A stretch of DNA of 55,681 bases, from assembly GCA_046484625.1 (NCBI GenBank), contig JAWOIO010000240.1, positions 1-55,681 of the forward strand, in the 5' to 3' direction. The DNA is from Acidimicrobiia bacterium (GTDB taxonomy: Bacteria; Actinomycetota; Acidimicrobiia; IMCC26256; PALSA-555). Shown here piece by piece: positions 1 to 9,132 of this stretch; position 1 is the stretch's first letter, and the number at the start of each line of letters is the position of its first letter. The notes beneath the pieces are model-generated. The model saw only the letters and a list, made by a program, of their open reading frames with translations, had not been told where the DNA came from and did not search any database. Position numbers and translations under genes: made by a program.

Positions 1-624
1 CATCCCCCAGTACTCGCCGAAGTCGGGCCCGAGCGTCGACCGGGCCCGTGACGGCTTCAGGCCCACGAGCCCGCACAGCGACGAAGGCATGCGGATCGAC
101 CCGCCCATGTCGTTCCCGTGCGCGACCGGGACCATCCCGGATGCCACTGCGGCCGCGGCGCCACCGCTCGAGCCGCCCGGCGACCGGGTGACGTCCCACG
201 GGTTGTGGGTCGGGCCGTAGGCGCGCGGCTCCGTGGTCACCGACATCGCGAGCTCGGGGACGTTGGTCTTCCCGCAGATGACGAACCCCGCGGCGCGGAA
301 CCGCTCGACGAGCCAGGTGTCGGCCGGCTCGGTCCAGCCGATCTCCTTCAGCACCTGCATCCCGCAGTGGTACGGGTCGCCGGCCGAGTGCGCGACGGCG
401 TCCTTGAGCAGGAACGGCACGCCTCGGAACGGGCCGTCGGGGAGTGTCGGATCGGCCGCGGCAGCGCGGGCCGCGTCCGAGAGGTCGTGGATGACCGCGT
501 TGAGGACCGGGTTCAGCGCCTCGATGCGCGCCAGCGCCGCGTCGACGAGCTCGGCCGGCGTGACCTCACCGCGGCGGACGAGATCGGCCTGCCCGGTCGC
601 GTCGACCCATGCGAGCTCGTCCAT
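1..624 (-). CDS. Amidase (amidase-signature family), 3' end runs off the window
   Basis: Manual translation from the ATG at 624 gives [23 protein letters not shown]...GVPFLLKD...GKTNVPEL...NPWD...[15 protein letters not shown]...[24 protein letters not shown]. This contains the amidase-signature GGSSGG and GGSIR motifs. It is absent from the ORF track because it has no stop codon inside the window. Confidence 0.92.
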   Translation of the reverse strand, partial: MDELAWVDATGQADLVRRGEVTPAELVDAALARIEALNPVLNAVIHDLSDAARAAAADPTLPDGPFRGVPFLLKDAVAHSAGDPYHCGMQVLKEIGWTEPADTWLVERFRAAGFVICGKTNVPELAMSVTTEPRAYGPTHNPWDVTRSPGGSSGGAAAAVASGMVPVAHGNDMGGSIRMPSSLCGLVGLKPSRARSTLGPDFGEYWGM

Positions 625-642
625 CGAGCCGCAGTGTAGGGA

Positions 643-1041
643 TCAGCCGGCGGCTCGGAACGCCCGCTCGAGCAAGGGGCTGTGCTCGGGTGCTTCCGGA
701 GGCGTTCCTCCGTCGCGTGCGGCCCGGGCCGCGACCGGGGTCGCGACGCGCGCCGGACGGCGGGGTTCGAGCGGAAGGGGGACGGCGGGGGGCGGCGGCG
801 GTGCCACGAACCGGCTCGGTGCGGTCGGTGCGTCACCTGCGCTGGTGACCGTGGGGCGGACGTCGCGCAGCTCCCAGTGCCGGGGCGGGGTGAGACGGTC
901 GGCATGGCGGCGACAGAGGTCGCCGGCCGTGCGGGCGCGCGCATCGGCGAGCGGGCCGATCCAGACGACGCGGGCGAGGCCGTCGAAGTTGAACGAGGCC
1001 ACCGCGGGGTTCGAGCAGCCGGGCCGCGCACACAGGGACAT
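643..1041 (-). CDS. DUF3499 family actinobacterial protein
   Basis: The pattern CARPGC...A.ASFNFD...VWIGPL...DLC.RHADRLTPP..WEL is typical of DUF3499. TACCGT lies 6 nt upstream of the ATG. Confidence 0.75.
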   Translation of the reverse strand: MSLCARPGCSNPAVASFNFDGLARVVWIGPLADARARTAGDLCRRHADRLTPPRHWELRDVRPTVTSAGDAPTAPSRFVAPPPPPAVPLPLEPRRPARVATPVAARAARDGGTPPEAPEHSPLLERAFRAAG

Positions 1042-1204
1042 GCATCGACGGTACCGGCGGCGCCCCCGGAAAGTGGGGATCCATGCACATCGGTGGACTC
1101 AGGCTTCGCGCCCGTACCGGACCAGGCGCAGCGCGCGGGAGCTGGTCGTGTCGGGCCGGGTCGACGGGCCACGCCGCACGGGCCGGACCCATCATCACGG
1201 CGGC

Positions 1205-2698
1205 TCAGGAGGTGGTGGGGAAGCCCAGGTCGGGGCCGCGGGTCGCGGGGTCGGCCCACCGCGTCGTGACGACCTTGCCGCGTGTGTAGAAGTGGACACC
1301 CTCGGGGCCGTGCACGTGGGTGTCGCCGAAAAGGCTCTGCTTCCACCCACCGAACGAGTAGTACGCCATCGGCACCGGGATCGGCACGTTCACCCCGATC
1401 ATCCCCGCGTCGACCTCCCGCTCGAACCGGCGAGCGGCGCCACCGTCGCGCGTGAAGATCGCCACACCGTTCGCGTAGGGATTCTCGGCGAGCAGGCGCG
1501 CGGCATCGTCGTAGGTGTCGACCCGCACGACCGACAGCACCGGCCCGAAGATCTCGTCGGTGTAGATCGACATCGCCGGCTCCACGTGGTCGAAGAGGCA
1601 CGGGCCCAGGAAGAAGCCCCCCGCGTGGTCGTCGACCCGGAGCCCGCGGCCGTCGACGACGAGCGTCGCGCCCTCCTCCACCCCTGCGTCGACGTATCCC
1701 GCGACCCGATCGCGATGCACGGCGGTGACGAGCGGCCCCATCTCCGACGCCGGGTCGGTGCCCGGGCCGATCTTCAGGTCCTCGGTCCGGGCCCGGATCG
1801 CGTCGACGAGCGGGTCGGCGACCTCACCCACCGCGACGACCACCGAGATGGCCATGCATCGCTCGCCCGCAGAGCCGTAACCGGCCGACACCGCGGCGTC
1901 GGCTGCGACGTCGAGGTCGGCGTCGGGGAGGACGACCATGTGGTTCTTCGCGCCACCGAGCGCCTGCACGCGCTTGCCGTGGGCGGCGGCCGTCTCGTAG
2001 ACGTACCGCGCGATCGGCGTGGAGCCGACGAAGCTGAGCGCGCGCACGTCGTCGTGGGCCAGGAGCGCGTCCACCGCTTCCTTGTCGCCGTGGACCACAT
2101 TGAACACGCCGTCGGGCAGTCCGGCCTCGGCCAGCCATTCCGCGACGAGCATCGCGGCCGACGGGTCGCGCTCCGACGGCTTCAGCACGAAGGTGTTCCC
2201 GCACGCGAGCGCGACCGGCCACATCCACATCGGGACCATGGCCGGGAAGTTGAACGGCGTGATTCCGGCGCACACGCCCAGGGGTTGGCGGATGGAATGG
2301 ATGTCGGTGTCGGTCGAGACCTGCTCGGAGTAGCCGCCCTTGAGCAGGTGTGGGATCCCACAGGCGAACTCGACGACGTCGAGGCCGCGAGCGACCTCCC
2401 CGAGGGCGTCGGAGACCACCTTCCCGTGCTCGGCGCTCACGACCCGCGCCAGCGCGTCCCGGTTCCGCTCCGCGATCTCCCGGAAGGCGAAGAGCACCCG
2501 GGCCCGGCGCCCGACCGGCGTCTCGGCCCACTCGGGAAAGGCCCCGAGGGCCGAGTCGACGGCGGCGTCGACGTCGGCCGGGCTCGCGAGACCGACCGTG
2601 GCGGCGACTGCGCCGGTCGCGGGATCGAAGACGTCAGCTGTGCGAGTCGATGTCCCCGCCCACTCCTTGCCGCCCACCCAGTGATGGATCTGCTCCAT
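1205..2698 (-). CDS. mmsA: CoA-acylating (methyl)malonate-semialdehyde dehydrogenase
   Basis: ALDH motifs [48 protein letters not shown] and GVNVPIPVP. Start placed at ATG 2698 because TAACCT lies 7 nt upstream; ATG 2704 is the alternative. Confidence 0.93.
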   Translation of the reverse strand: MEQIHHWVGGKEWAGTSTRTADVFDPATGAVAATVGLASPADVDAAVDSALGAFPEWAETPVGRRARVLFAFREIAERNRDALARVVSAEHGKVVSDALGEVARGLDVVEFACGIPHLLKGGYSEQVSTDTDIHSIRQPLGVCAGITPFNFPAMVPMWMWPVALACGNTFVLKPSERDPSAAMLVAEWLAEAGLPDGVFNVVHGDKEAVDALLAHDDVRALSFVGSTPIARYVYETAAAHGKRVQALGGAKNHMVVLPDADLDVAADAAVSAGYGSAGERCMAISVVVAVGEVADPLVDAIRARTEDLKIGPGTDPASEMGPLVTAVHRDRVAGYVDAGVEEGATLVVDGRGLRVDDHAGGFFLGPCLFDHVEPAMSIYTDEIFGPVLSVVRVDTYDDAARLLAENPYANGVAIFTRDGGAARRFEREVDAGMIGVNVPIPVPMAYYSFGGWKQSLFGDTHVHGPEGVHFYTRGKVVTTRWADPATRGPDLGFPTTS

Positions 2699-2791
2699 GT
2701 CCATCAGGTTACGGGGCCGATCGCTGCTTTGCTTCCTGCCCCTCCCGCACTAGGTTGCTCTCGTTCACGCAGTCAAGAGGGGGATGGAATC

Positions 2792-3562
2792 GTGAGGAAA
2801 ATGCTGGCAGCCCTGGCTGTCGTCGGGATGGCGACCATGCTCGCCGTTCCTGTCGGCGCCCAGGGCAAGGGTCCGCTGAGGGTCGCGACCGACCTTCCCG
2901 CTCCGGGGTTCTGGAACGGGGAGACTCCGGACAACGTCGACGGTGGCTTCGAGTACGAGATGGCCCAGATCATCGCCGAGCGGCTCGGCTACGACGGCTT
3001 CGAGGTCCAGGACGTCTCGTTCGACGCCCTGGTCGCGGGCCAGCTCGACACGTTCGACATCGCGCTCTCGCAGGTGTCGATCACCGACGAGCGGGCCGAG
3101 GTCGTCGACTTCACCGTTCCGTACTTCCAGTCGGACCAGGGGATCCTGGTGAGCAAGGGCACGAAGGTCACGGCGAAGAACGCCAAGAAGCTGCAGTGGG
3201 GCGTCCAGCGTTCGACGACCGGGCAGTTCTACCTGAAGGACGTGCTGAAGCCGAAGAAGAAGGTCCGCACCTACAAGCAGACGGTCGACATGTTCGCCGC
3301 ACTCCGAGCGGAGCAGATCGACGCGGTGATGCTCGACACGGCGATCGTGCTCGAGCAGGCGGCGGCGTCCAACGGCACCCTCGAGGTGGTCGGCCAGTTC
3401 GCCAACGACGACACCTACGGCGGGATCCTCGTCAAGGGGTCTCCGCTCCTGGCCGACATCGACGCCATCATCACCGAGCTCCGGGAGGACGGGACCCTCG
3501 GGGAGCTGTCCGCCAAGTACCTCGGTGGCGATCCGACCAAGGTCAAGTACCTCGAGCCCTGA
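2792..3562 (+). CDS. Polar amino-acid ABC transporter substrate-binding protein (SBP family 3)
   Basis: C-terminal part of ORF 233..3562. It has a signal peptide (MRKMLAALAVVGMATMLAVPVGA) and the motifs GFEYEMAQIIAERLG, SFDALVAG, QVSITDERAEVVDFTVPY. An AGAGGGGG SD-like element lies upstream. Confidence 0.9.
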   Translation: MRKMLAALAVVGMATMLAVPVGAQGKGPLRVATDLPAPGFWNGETPDNVDGGFEYEMAQIIAERLGYDGFEVQDVSFDALVAGQLDTFDIALSQVSITDERAEVVDFTVPYFQSDQGILVSKGTKVTAKNAKKLQWGVQRSTTGQFYLKDVLKPKKKVRTYKQTVDMFAALRAEQIDAVMLDTAIVLEQAAASNGTLEVVGQFANDDTYGGILVKGSPLLADIDAIITELREDGTLGELSAKYLGGDPTKVKYLEP

Positions 3563-3585
3563 TCCAAGGCACGACACGCGCAGTG

Positions 3586-3614
3586 GAGGGGCCCGGCAAC
3601 GTGCCGGGCCCCTC
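3586..3614 (+). terminator. 13-bp perfect stem-loop after the SBP gene (terminator or mRNA-stabilising hairpin)
   Basis: GAGGGGCCCGGCA-ACG-TGCCGGGCCCCTC with no U-tract. Hairpins between an SBP gene and a permease gene commonly set subunit stoichiometry. Confidence 0.65.
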
Positions 3615-3673
3615 GCGCGTTCGTCGAGCGCGTGTGATCGAAGGATCCGCGCAACGGGTGCTGGGGTGACACG

Positions 3674-4756
3674 GTGGCGGTGACGGTCGAAGCGGAGTCG
3701 GAAGCAGCTCGGCGCGATACGGGCGCCGTCGCGGCGGTCGTGATCTCGTCGGCCTCGGTCCTGCTCGCGGTGGTGGGTGGAGTTGTCGCGCTGCTCCGCT
3801 CGGGGAGCACCGACAACGGGTTCCTGGTCCTGTTCGTCGTGTCGTTCCCGCTGGCCGTGTTCGCCCTCGTGTTCGGCCGCCGCACCGAGACGCGGATCGT
3901 CGAGCGCGACGGGCCGCTCCGCGACGAGGCTGCGGCCCGCCTCTCGAGGCGCATCGCCGTCGCCGGCATCACCGTCTCCGTGCTCCTCGCGCTCGGCCTG
4001 GGCATCTGGTCCGCGTGGACCGGGCTCCAGGACGTGCAGGAAGTGTTCTTCTCCCTCCCGGACCTCGGCGACAGCGCCGGGCTGGTCTTCGACGGCTTCG
4101 TGCTGAACATCAAGATCTTCGTCGTCGCCGAGATCATCGTGCTGGCCTGGGGGCTCACCATCGCGATCGTCCGCGACCTCCCCGGCCGGGCCGCTGCCCC
4201 CCTTCGGTGGTTCGCGGTCGCCTACGTCGACATCTTCCGCGGCCTCCCCGCGATCATCACGATCTACCTCGTGGTGTTCGGGCTGCCGTTGACCCAGCTC
4301 TCGATCGTGCCGGGTCCGGAGGCGAGCTTCCTCGGCTTCGACCAGGTCGAGATGCTCGGCATCCTGGCGCTCGTGCTCGTGTACGGCGCCTACGTCGCCG
4401 AGGTGTACCGCTCCGGGATCGAGAGCGTGCACTGGAGCCAGCGCGCCGCGGCCCGCGGTCTCGGGCTCTCCGGCGGCCAGTCGATGCGCTACGTCGTGGT
4501 GCCGCAGGCGGTGCGGCGGGTCATCCCGCCGCTCATGAACGACTTCATCGGGCTCCAGAAGGACACCGCGCTCCTCAACATCGCGGGGATCTTCGAGGGC
4601 TTCGCCGCCGCCAGCAACTACGCGAACAACAACTTCAACCTGTCGTCGGTGACCGGTCTGGGGATCTGCTTCCTGGTGATCACGATCCCGATGACGCGGT
4701 TCACCGACTACCTGGTGAAGCGCGATCGCGAGCGGATGACCGCAGGGGGCGCGTGA
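3674..4756 (+). CDS. Polar amino-acid ABC transporter permease (HisM/GlnP family) with N-terminal membrane extension
   Basis: Motifs [31 protein letters not shown] (EAA loop), [24 protein letters not shown]. Confidence 0.9.
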   Translation: MAVTVEAESEAARRDTGAVAAVVISSASVLLAVVGGVVALLRSGSTDNGFLVLFVVSFPLAVFALVFGRRTETRIVERDGPLRDEAAARLSRRIAVAGITVSVLLALGLGIWSAWTGLQDVQEVFFSLPDLGDSAGLVFDGFVLNIKIFVVAEIIVLAWGLTIAIVRDLPGRAAAPLRWFAVAYVDIFRGLPAIITIYLVVFGLPLTQLSIVPGPEASFLGFDQVEMLGILALVLVYGAYVAEVYRSGIESVHWSQRAAARGLGLSGGQSMRYVVVPQAVRRVIPPLMNDFIGLQKDTALLNIAGIFEGFAAASNYANNNFNLSSVTGLGICFLVITIPMTRFTDYLVKRDRERMTAGGA

Positions 4757-5499
4757 TGGCGCTGGTGACGGTGGAAGACGTCGTGAAGCGGTTCGGGCTG
4801 AACACCGTGCTCGACGGCGTCAACCTGGCCGTCGAAGAGCACCAGGTGGTGTGTCTGATCGGCGCGTCGGGGTCGGGGAAGTCGACGCTGCTCCGTTGCA
4901 TCAACGGCCTCGAGGCCATCCAGCGGGGGACGATCACCGTGCTCGGGCGCGAGGTGATCCAGGACGACATCAAGCTCAACCGGCTGCGGCGCGAGATCGG
5001 CATCGTCTTCCAGGCGTACAACAACTTTCCGCACATGACCGTGCTCGACAACATCACGCTCGCCCCCCGCAAGGTGCTGGGCCTGTCCAAGAAGGACGCC
5101 GAGGATCGGGCCCGCCCGCTGCTCGAGCGGATCGGACTCCCCGACAAGGCCGACGAGTACCCCGACCGGCTCTCGGGGGGCCAGCAGCAGCGGGTCGCCA
5201 TCGTGCGTGCGCTCGCGATGCAACCGAAGCTGATGCTCTTCGACGAGATCACGAGCGCGCTCGACCCAGAGCTGGTCAACGAGGTGCTGCACATGATGCA
5301 GGAGCTCGCCGAGCAGGGCATGACCATGGTGGTCGCGACCCACGAGATGGGGTTCGCCCGCGACGTCGCGACGAAGGTCTGCTATCTCCACTTCGGCCAG
5401 ATCATCGAAGAGGGGCCGCCGGACAGGATCTTCACCGCGCCCGAGCATGTGCGGACGTCGGAGTTCCTGAGGCGAACGCTCGAGGCGGGGAGGATGTGA
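4756..5499 (+). CDS. Polar amino-acid ABC transporter ATP-binding protein (GlnQ family)
   Basis: Walker [40 protein letters not shown]. The start overlaps the permease stop (TGATG). Confidence 0.93.
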   Translation: MALVTVEDVVKRFGLNTVLDGVNLAVEEHQVVCLIGASGSGKSTLLRCINGLEAIQRGTITVLGREVIQDDIKLNRLRREIGIVFQAYNNFPHMTVLDNITLAPRKVLGLSKKDAEDRARPLLERIGLPDKADEYPDRLSGGQQQRVAIVRALAMQPKLMLFDEITSALDPELVNEVLHMMQELAEQGMTMVVATHEMGFARDVATKVCYLHFGQIIEEGPPDRIFTAPEHVRTSEFLRRTLEAGRM

Positions 5500-6638
5500 T
5501 GTCGCTCCCCGGGTCGCTCCGGGCCGAGGACCTGGAGCGGTCCTGCGAACGGCTCGACCGGGCCCGGATGCTCCCGGGGGCCGCGTACACCGAGACATCG
5601 GTGCTGGAGTGGGAGCGCGAGCACCTCTTCGGCGAGGGCTGGGTCGCGGTCGCGCACGCGTCGGCTGTCGCCGAGTCCGGTGCCCAGGTCGCGGTCGAGG
5701 TCGCCGGCACGAGCGCGGTCGTCGTGCGGGGTGGCGACGGTGCGCTCCGGGCGTTCGCCAACACCTGCCGGCACCGCGGCCACGAGCTGCTCCCCGTCGG
5801 CGCGGAGGCGTGCCGGCCCTCGTTGCGCTGTCCGTACCACGGGTGGGCCTACGACCTCGATGGGCGACTGCGCCACGCGACCGGGGGCCTCCGCCCGGAC
5901 CCCGACGCCCTCGCGCTCGTCGGACTCCGGGTTGCCGAGCACCTGGGCTTCGTGTTCGTGAACGCGGGCGGCGGCGCGGCACCCGTCGAGGCGGTGTTCG
6001 GCGGGGCCGAGGCGCTCCTCGGCGCGCACGATGCCGGCGGCCTGGTCCCCGTGGTCCAGCACGTGTACGAGGTGCGGGCCAACTGGAAGGTCGTCCACGA
6101 GAACTACCAGGAATGCCTGCACTGCCCGCAGATCCACCCCGAGCTGAGCCGGGTGAGCCCGCCCGACAGCGGCGACAACGTGGATCCGGGCCCGGCGTGG
6201 GTCGGCGGGTGGATGGACCTGGCCGGCTCGGCGATGACGATGTCCATGACCGGCGAGGCGGTCGCGGCACCGCTTCCGGGTCTCGACGAGCGCCGCCGCC
6301 GCCGGGTCGCCTACGTCGCACTGCTCCCGTCGCTCCTCGTGAGCGCCCATCCGGACTACGTCCTCACCCACCGGCTCGAGCCGCTCGCCCCCGACGCAAC
6401 CCGGGTCACGTGCGAGTGGTTGGCTGCTCCCGGAACCACTACCGAGGACCTGCGGGCCGCGATCGAGCTCTGGGACGTCACCAACCGCCAGGACTGGGAT
6501 GCCTGCGCGTCGGTGCAGCGGGGGCTGACCTCGCCGTGGTTCGTCCCCGGGCCGCTCGCGCCGCGGGAGGATGCGGTCCACCGGGTCGTGACCTGGTTCG
6601 CGTCGGAGTACCTGACGCCTGCGCGAGAGGATCTGTGA
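5499..6638 (+). CDS. Rieske non-heme iron oxygenase alpha subunit (GbcA/choline monooxygenase-like)
   Basis: Rieske motif CRHRGH...CPYHGWAY and mononuclear-iron region NWKVVHENYQECLHCPQIHPEL...QDWDAC. TGATG overlap with the upstream gene. Confidence 0.9.
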   Translation: MSLPGSLRAEDLERSCERLDRARMLPGAAYTETSVLEWEREHLFGEGWVAVAHASAVAESGAQVAVEVAGTSAVVVRGGDGALRAFANTCRHRGHELLPVGAEACRPSLRCPYHGWAYDLDGRLRHATGGLRPDPDALALVGLRVAEHLGFVFVNAGGGAAPVEAVFGGAEALLGAHDAGGLVPVVQHVYEVRANWKVVHENYQECLHCPQIHPELSRVSPPDSGDNVDPGPAWVGGWMDLAGSAMTMSMTGEAVAAPLPGLDERRRRRVAYVALLPSLLVSAHPDYVLTHRLEPLAPDATRVTCEWLAAPGTTTEDLRAAIELWDVTNRQDWDACASVQRGLTSPWFVPGPLAPREDAVHRVVTWFASEYLTPAREDL

Positions 6639-8209
6639 TGAGCACGTTCGAAGTGATGGGCCGCGTCGGCCTCCCCGAGCCGATCACCGATCTGGCGGCC
6701 CGTGAGTGGGACGTCGTGGTCGTAGGGGGTGGCCACAACGGGCTGACCGCGGCCGCGTACCTCGCCATCGCCGGGCAACGGGTGCTGGTGCTGGAGCGGC
6801 GCGCGCAGCTCGGTGGGGCGTGCACCCTCGAGCGCCCGTTCGCGGACGAGCGCTTCGTCATGAGCCCGTGCGCCTACCTCGTCGGGCTCCTCCACCCGCG
6901 CGTGATCGAGGAGCTCGAGCTGGAGCGCTTCGGGTACCGCACGTTCGTCGTGGACCCCACGCAGTGGACGCCGTTCGAGGACGGGACGGCGTTGTTCCAG
7001 TGGCAGGACGAGGCGAAGACCGCGGCGTCGGTCGCCGCACTCGCACCGAGCGACGTCGACGGCTTCGTCGCCTACGAACGTCTCTTCGACCGCATCCGTG
7101 ATCGCCTCCGCCGCGGCCCCCGCGGCGACGTGTGGCTCGGTGACGCCCCCGACCCGGCCGCGATCGAGGAGCTCTTCGCCGACGATCCCGAGGCGCGCGA
7201 CGTCGTGCTCCACGAGTCGATTGCCGACGTCGTCGAGCGGCACGTGACCGACGAGCGGCTGCGCACCGCGCTTCACGGCCAGGGAGTCATCGGCACGTTC
7301 GCCGGGCCACGCGAGCCGGGCACCGCGTGGGTCCACGCCCACCACAGCCTCGGGCTCCTCGGCGGGTGGAGCTTCGTGGAGGGTGGGCTGGGGCGGGTCT
7401 CGTTCTGCCTGGCCGATGCCGCCCGCGAGGCCGGGGCCGTCCTCGCGGCGGGAACGCCCGTGGCTGCGATCCTCCCGGGCGAGGGGGTGGTGCTCGAGGG
7501 CGGCGAGACGATCCGGGCGCGCGCGGTCGTCAGCAACGCCGACCCGGTCCGGACCGCGGCGATGCTGGGTGAGCTCGCCGACCCGTCGTTCCGGAGCAAG
7601 GTCGAGGCGTGGCGGATCACGAGCCCCGTGGTCAAGGTGAACTGCGGGCTGTCGCGGCTCCCGAGCTTCCCGGCCGCGGCCGGAGATCCCACGGTCTTCC
7701 GAGCCCAGGTCGAGATCGGGCGGAGCGTCGACGACACCCAGGCCGCCTGTGACGCGGCGCGCCGCGGCGAGCCGGCCCCCGAGTGGTGCGAGCTCTACTT
7801 CCAGACGCCGTACGACCCGTCGGTCGCGCCGCCCGGGGCTCACACGATGAGCGTCTTCGCGCAGTTCGTGCCCTACGAGCTCGCGACGGGGACCTGGGAC
7901 GAGCGCCGGGAGGACATCGGGGACGCGGTGCTGGCCACGATCGCCCGCTTCGCCCCTGACGTCGCCGACTGCGTCGTAGAACGACAGGTGCTGGGTCCGC
8001 CGGACGTCGAGGACCAGATCGGGCTGACCGGCGGGCACATCTTCCAGGGTGAGATCCTCCCCGACCAGATGTGGACCGATCGGTTCTCGGCCCGCACGGC
8101 GATGCCCGGCCTCTTCCTCTGCGGTGCCGCGACCCATCCCGGGGGATCGGTGATGGGGGTGAACGGACGCAACGCCGCGATGGCGGTGCTCGAGACCCTC
8201 GTTCCCTGA
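6638..8209 (+). CDS. FAD-dependent oxidoreductase, phytoene-dehydrogenase-like (PYROXD2-like)
   Basis: Rossmann motif VVVVGGGHNGLTAAAYLA..G..VLVLERR..LGGAC and C-terminal GGHIFQGE...PGLFLCGAATHPGGSVMGVNGRNAA. TGATG overlap with the upstream gene. Confidence 0.88.
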   Translation: MSTFEVMGRVGLPEPITDLAAREWDVVVVGGGHNGLTAAAYLAIAGQRVLVLERRAQLGGACTLERPFADERFVMSPCAYLVGLLHPRVIEELELERFGYRTFVVDPTQWTPFEDGTALFQWQDEAKTAASVAALAPSDVDGFVAYERLFDRIRDRLRRGPRGDVWLGDAPDPAAIEELFADDPEARDVVLHESIADVVERHVTDERLRTALHGQGVIGTFAGPREPGTAWVHAHHSLGLLGGWSFVEGGLGRVSFCLADAAREAGAVLAAGTPVAAILPGEGVVLEGGETIRARAVVSNADPVRTAAMLGELADPSFRSKVEAWRITSPVVKVNCGLSRLPSFPAAAGDPTVFRAQVEIGRSVDDTQAACDAARRGEPAPEWCELYFQTPYDPSVAPPGAHTMSVFAQFVPYELATGTWDERREDIGDAVLATIARFAPDVADCVVERQVLGPPDVEDQIGLTGGHIFQGEILPDQMWTDRFSARTAMPGLFLCGAATHPGGSVMGVNGRNAAMAVLETLVP

Positions 8210-8242
8210 CGCACCTCGTTCCCTGACGCACCTCGTTCCCTG
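8197..8242. repeat. 17-bp tandem repeat (about 2.7 copies) spanning the stop codon
   Basis: CCTCGTTCCCTGACGCA twice, then CCTCGTTCCCTG. Confidence 0.9.
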
Positions 8243-8316
8243 GACGAACCTTCGACCCCGCGCCGTCGGGTGCCCGCCAGGGGGGCGTTATGCCCGATTT
8301 CGTGCGGTTCTGCGGG

Positions 8317-8330
8317 GTGACATGGTTCAC
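8317..8330. promoter_or_regulatory. Putative CRP/GlxR-type binding site
   Basis: GTGA-CATGGT-TCAC matches the GTGA-N6-TCAC core. It lies upstream of a TACCGT -10 candidate (8381-8386) for the Rpf-like gene. Confidence 0.5.
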
Positions 8331-8515
8331 GCGCGGCCGGTTCGGGGTCCTGCTTGCCGGGATTCGTGCCGAACCCACAGTACCGTTGTCTCCGGAAGTA
8401 CCACCGCTGGGATTCCCCTGTCCGGCGGACTTCCTCCCCGTTTCGCAGTCGTGTCGACGCGCGCGTCGCCATGGCCCGGGGCGGGACCCCCCGAGAAGGA
8501 AAGGAAACATCCACC

Positions 8516-9010
8516 ATGCGATCCCCCCTCGCACTCATCCTGTTCGGCGAGCACCCGCCTCATCCGGGGCGGCCAACCGCCGCACCCGTCCCCGAGCAGC
8601 AGGACGTCGGGACCGGCCCCCGGTCCCAGCCGCACGTGCGACGTTCCCGCCGGCTGCGCCTCCTCGCCATCCTCGGCGCTGCGGTGGCGCTCCTCTCTGC
8701 CTGCGGTCCCGGCGCCGCCCCCGCCCCCGCCCCCCCGTCGCCGTCCGAGGCGATCATCCGCGAGGTCTTCGACCCCATCGGTGAAGGGGACAAGGCGGTG
8801 CGCGTCGCCTCCTGCGAGTCCGGGCTGAACCCGGGCGCGATCAGTGGTGGCGGCACCTACCAGGGCCTCTTCCAGCTCGGCGCCCACATCGTCGCCATCC
8901 ACGCCTACGGCGGGAACCGGCTCGATGCCCGCCAGAACGCCCTCGCGGCGCGGGACCTGCGCATCTCGCGTGGGAACTGGTCGGCCTGGCCGTACTGTGG
9001 CGGCCGGTAG
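8516..9010 (+). CDS. Lipoprotein with lysozyme-like transglycosylase (Rpf/SLT-like) domain
   Basis: Strong SD (GAAGGAAAGGAAA) before ATG 8516, lipobox LSAC, catalytic motif VASCESGLNP.A...Y.GLFQ and C-terminal QNA.AA...GNWSAWPYC. GTG 8636 is an alternative start. Confidence 0.8.
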   Translation: MRSPLALILFGEHPPHPGRPTAAPVPEQQDVGTGPRSQPHVRRSRRLRLLAILGAAVALLSACGPGAAPAPAPPSPSEAIIREVFDPIGEGDKAVRVASCESGLNPGAISGGGTYQGLFQLGAHIVAIHAYGGNRLDARQNALAARDLRISRGNWSAWPYCGGR

Positions 9011-9097
9011 CCCCGAGAGCCCACGCCGCCGGTCGCTGGGGGAATGCCCCGGGCCGCACCGCGGTTCCAGGTGCGGACCGATCCCCTCGGTCCCAGT

Positions 9098-9132
9098 GCT
9101 GTGCCCCACCCTCCCCCCGGGTGGGGCACAGC
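9098..9132. terminator. 14-bp perfect inverted repeat (terminator or REP-like element)
   Basis: GCTGTGCCCCACCC-TCCCCCC-GGGTGGGGCACAGC. Confidence 0.6.

Noticed and set aside
233-2791. N-terminal ~850 aa of the 1109-aa ORF 233..3562
   Set aside because: It is the antisense shadow of the amidase, DUF3499 and mmsA genes. Only the part from 2792 encodes a recognisable SBP with its own SD and signal peptide.
6638-8209. Carotenoid biosynthesis (crtI/crtO)
   Set aside because: No crtB, crtE or cyclase gene is nearby, and the operon context is amino-acid uptake and oxidation.
8197-8242. Possible CRISPR array
   Set aside because: The 17-bp units are directly adjacent with no spacers, and there are no cas genes in the window.
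8390-8515. c-di-AMP (ydaO) riboswitch upstream of the Rpf-like gene
   Set aside because: The expected conserved segments (GCTGAATCC, GGGGTGAAT, CCCGTCAGCTAAC) are not visible. I kept the region only as an unassigned structured leader.
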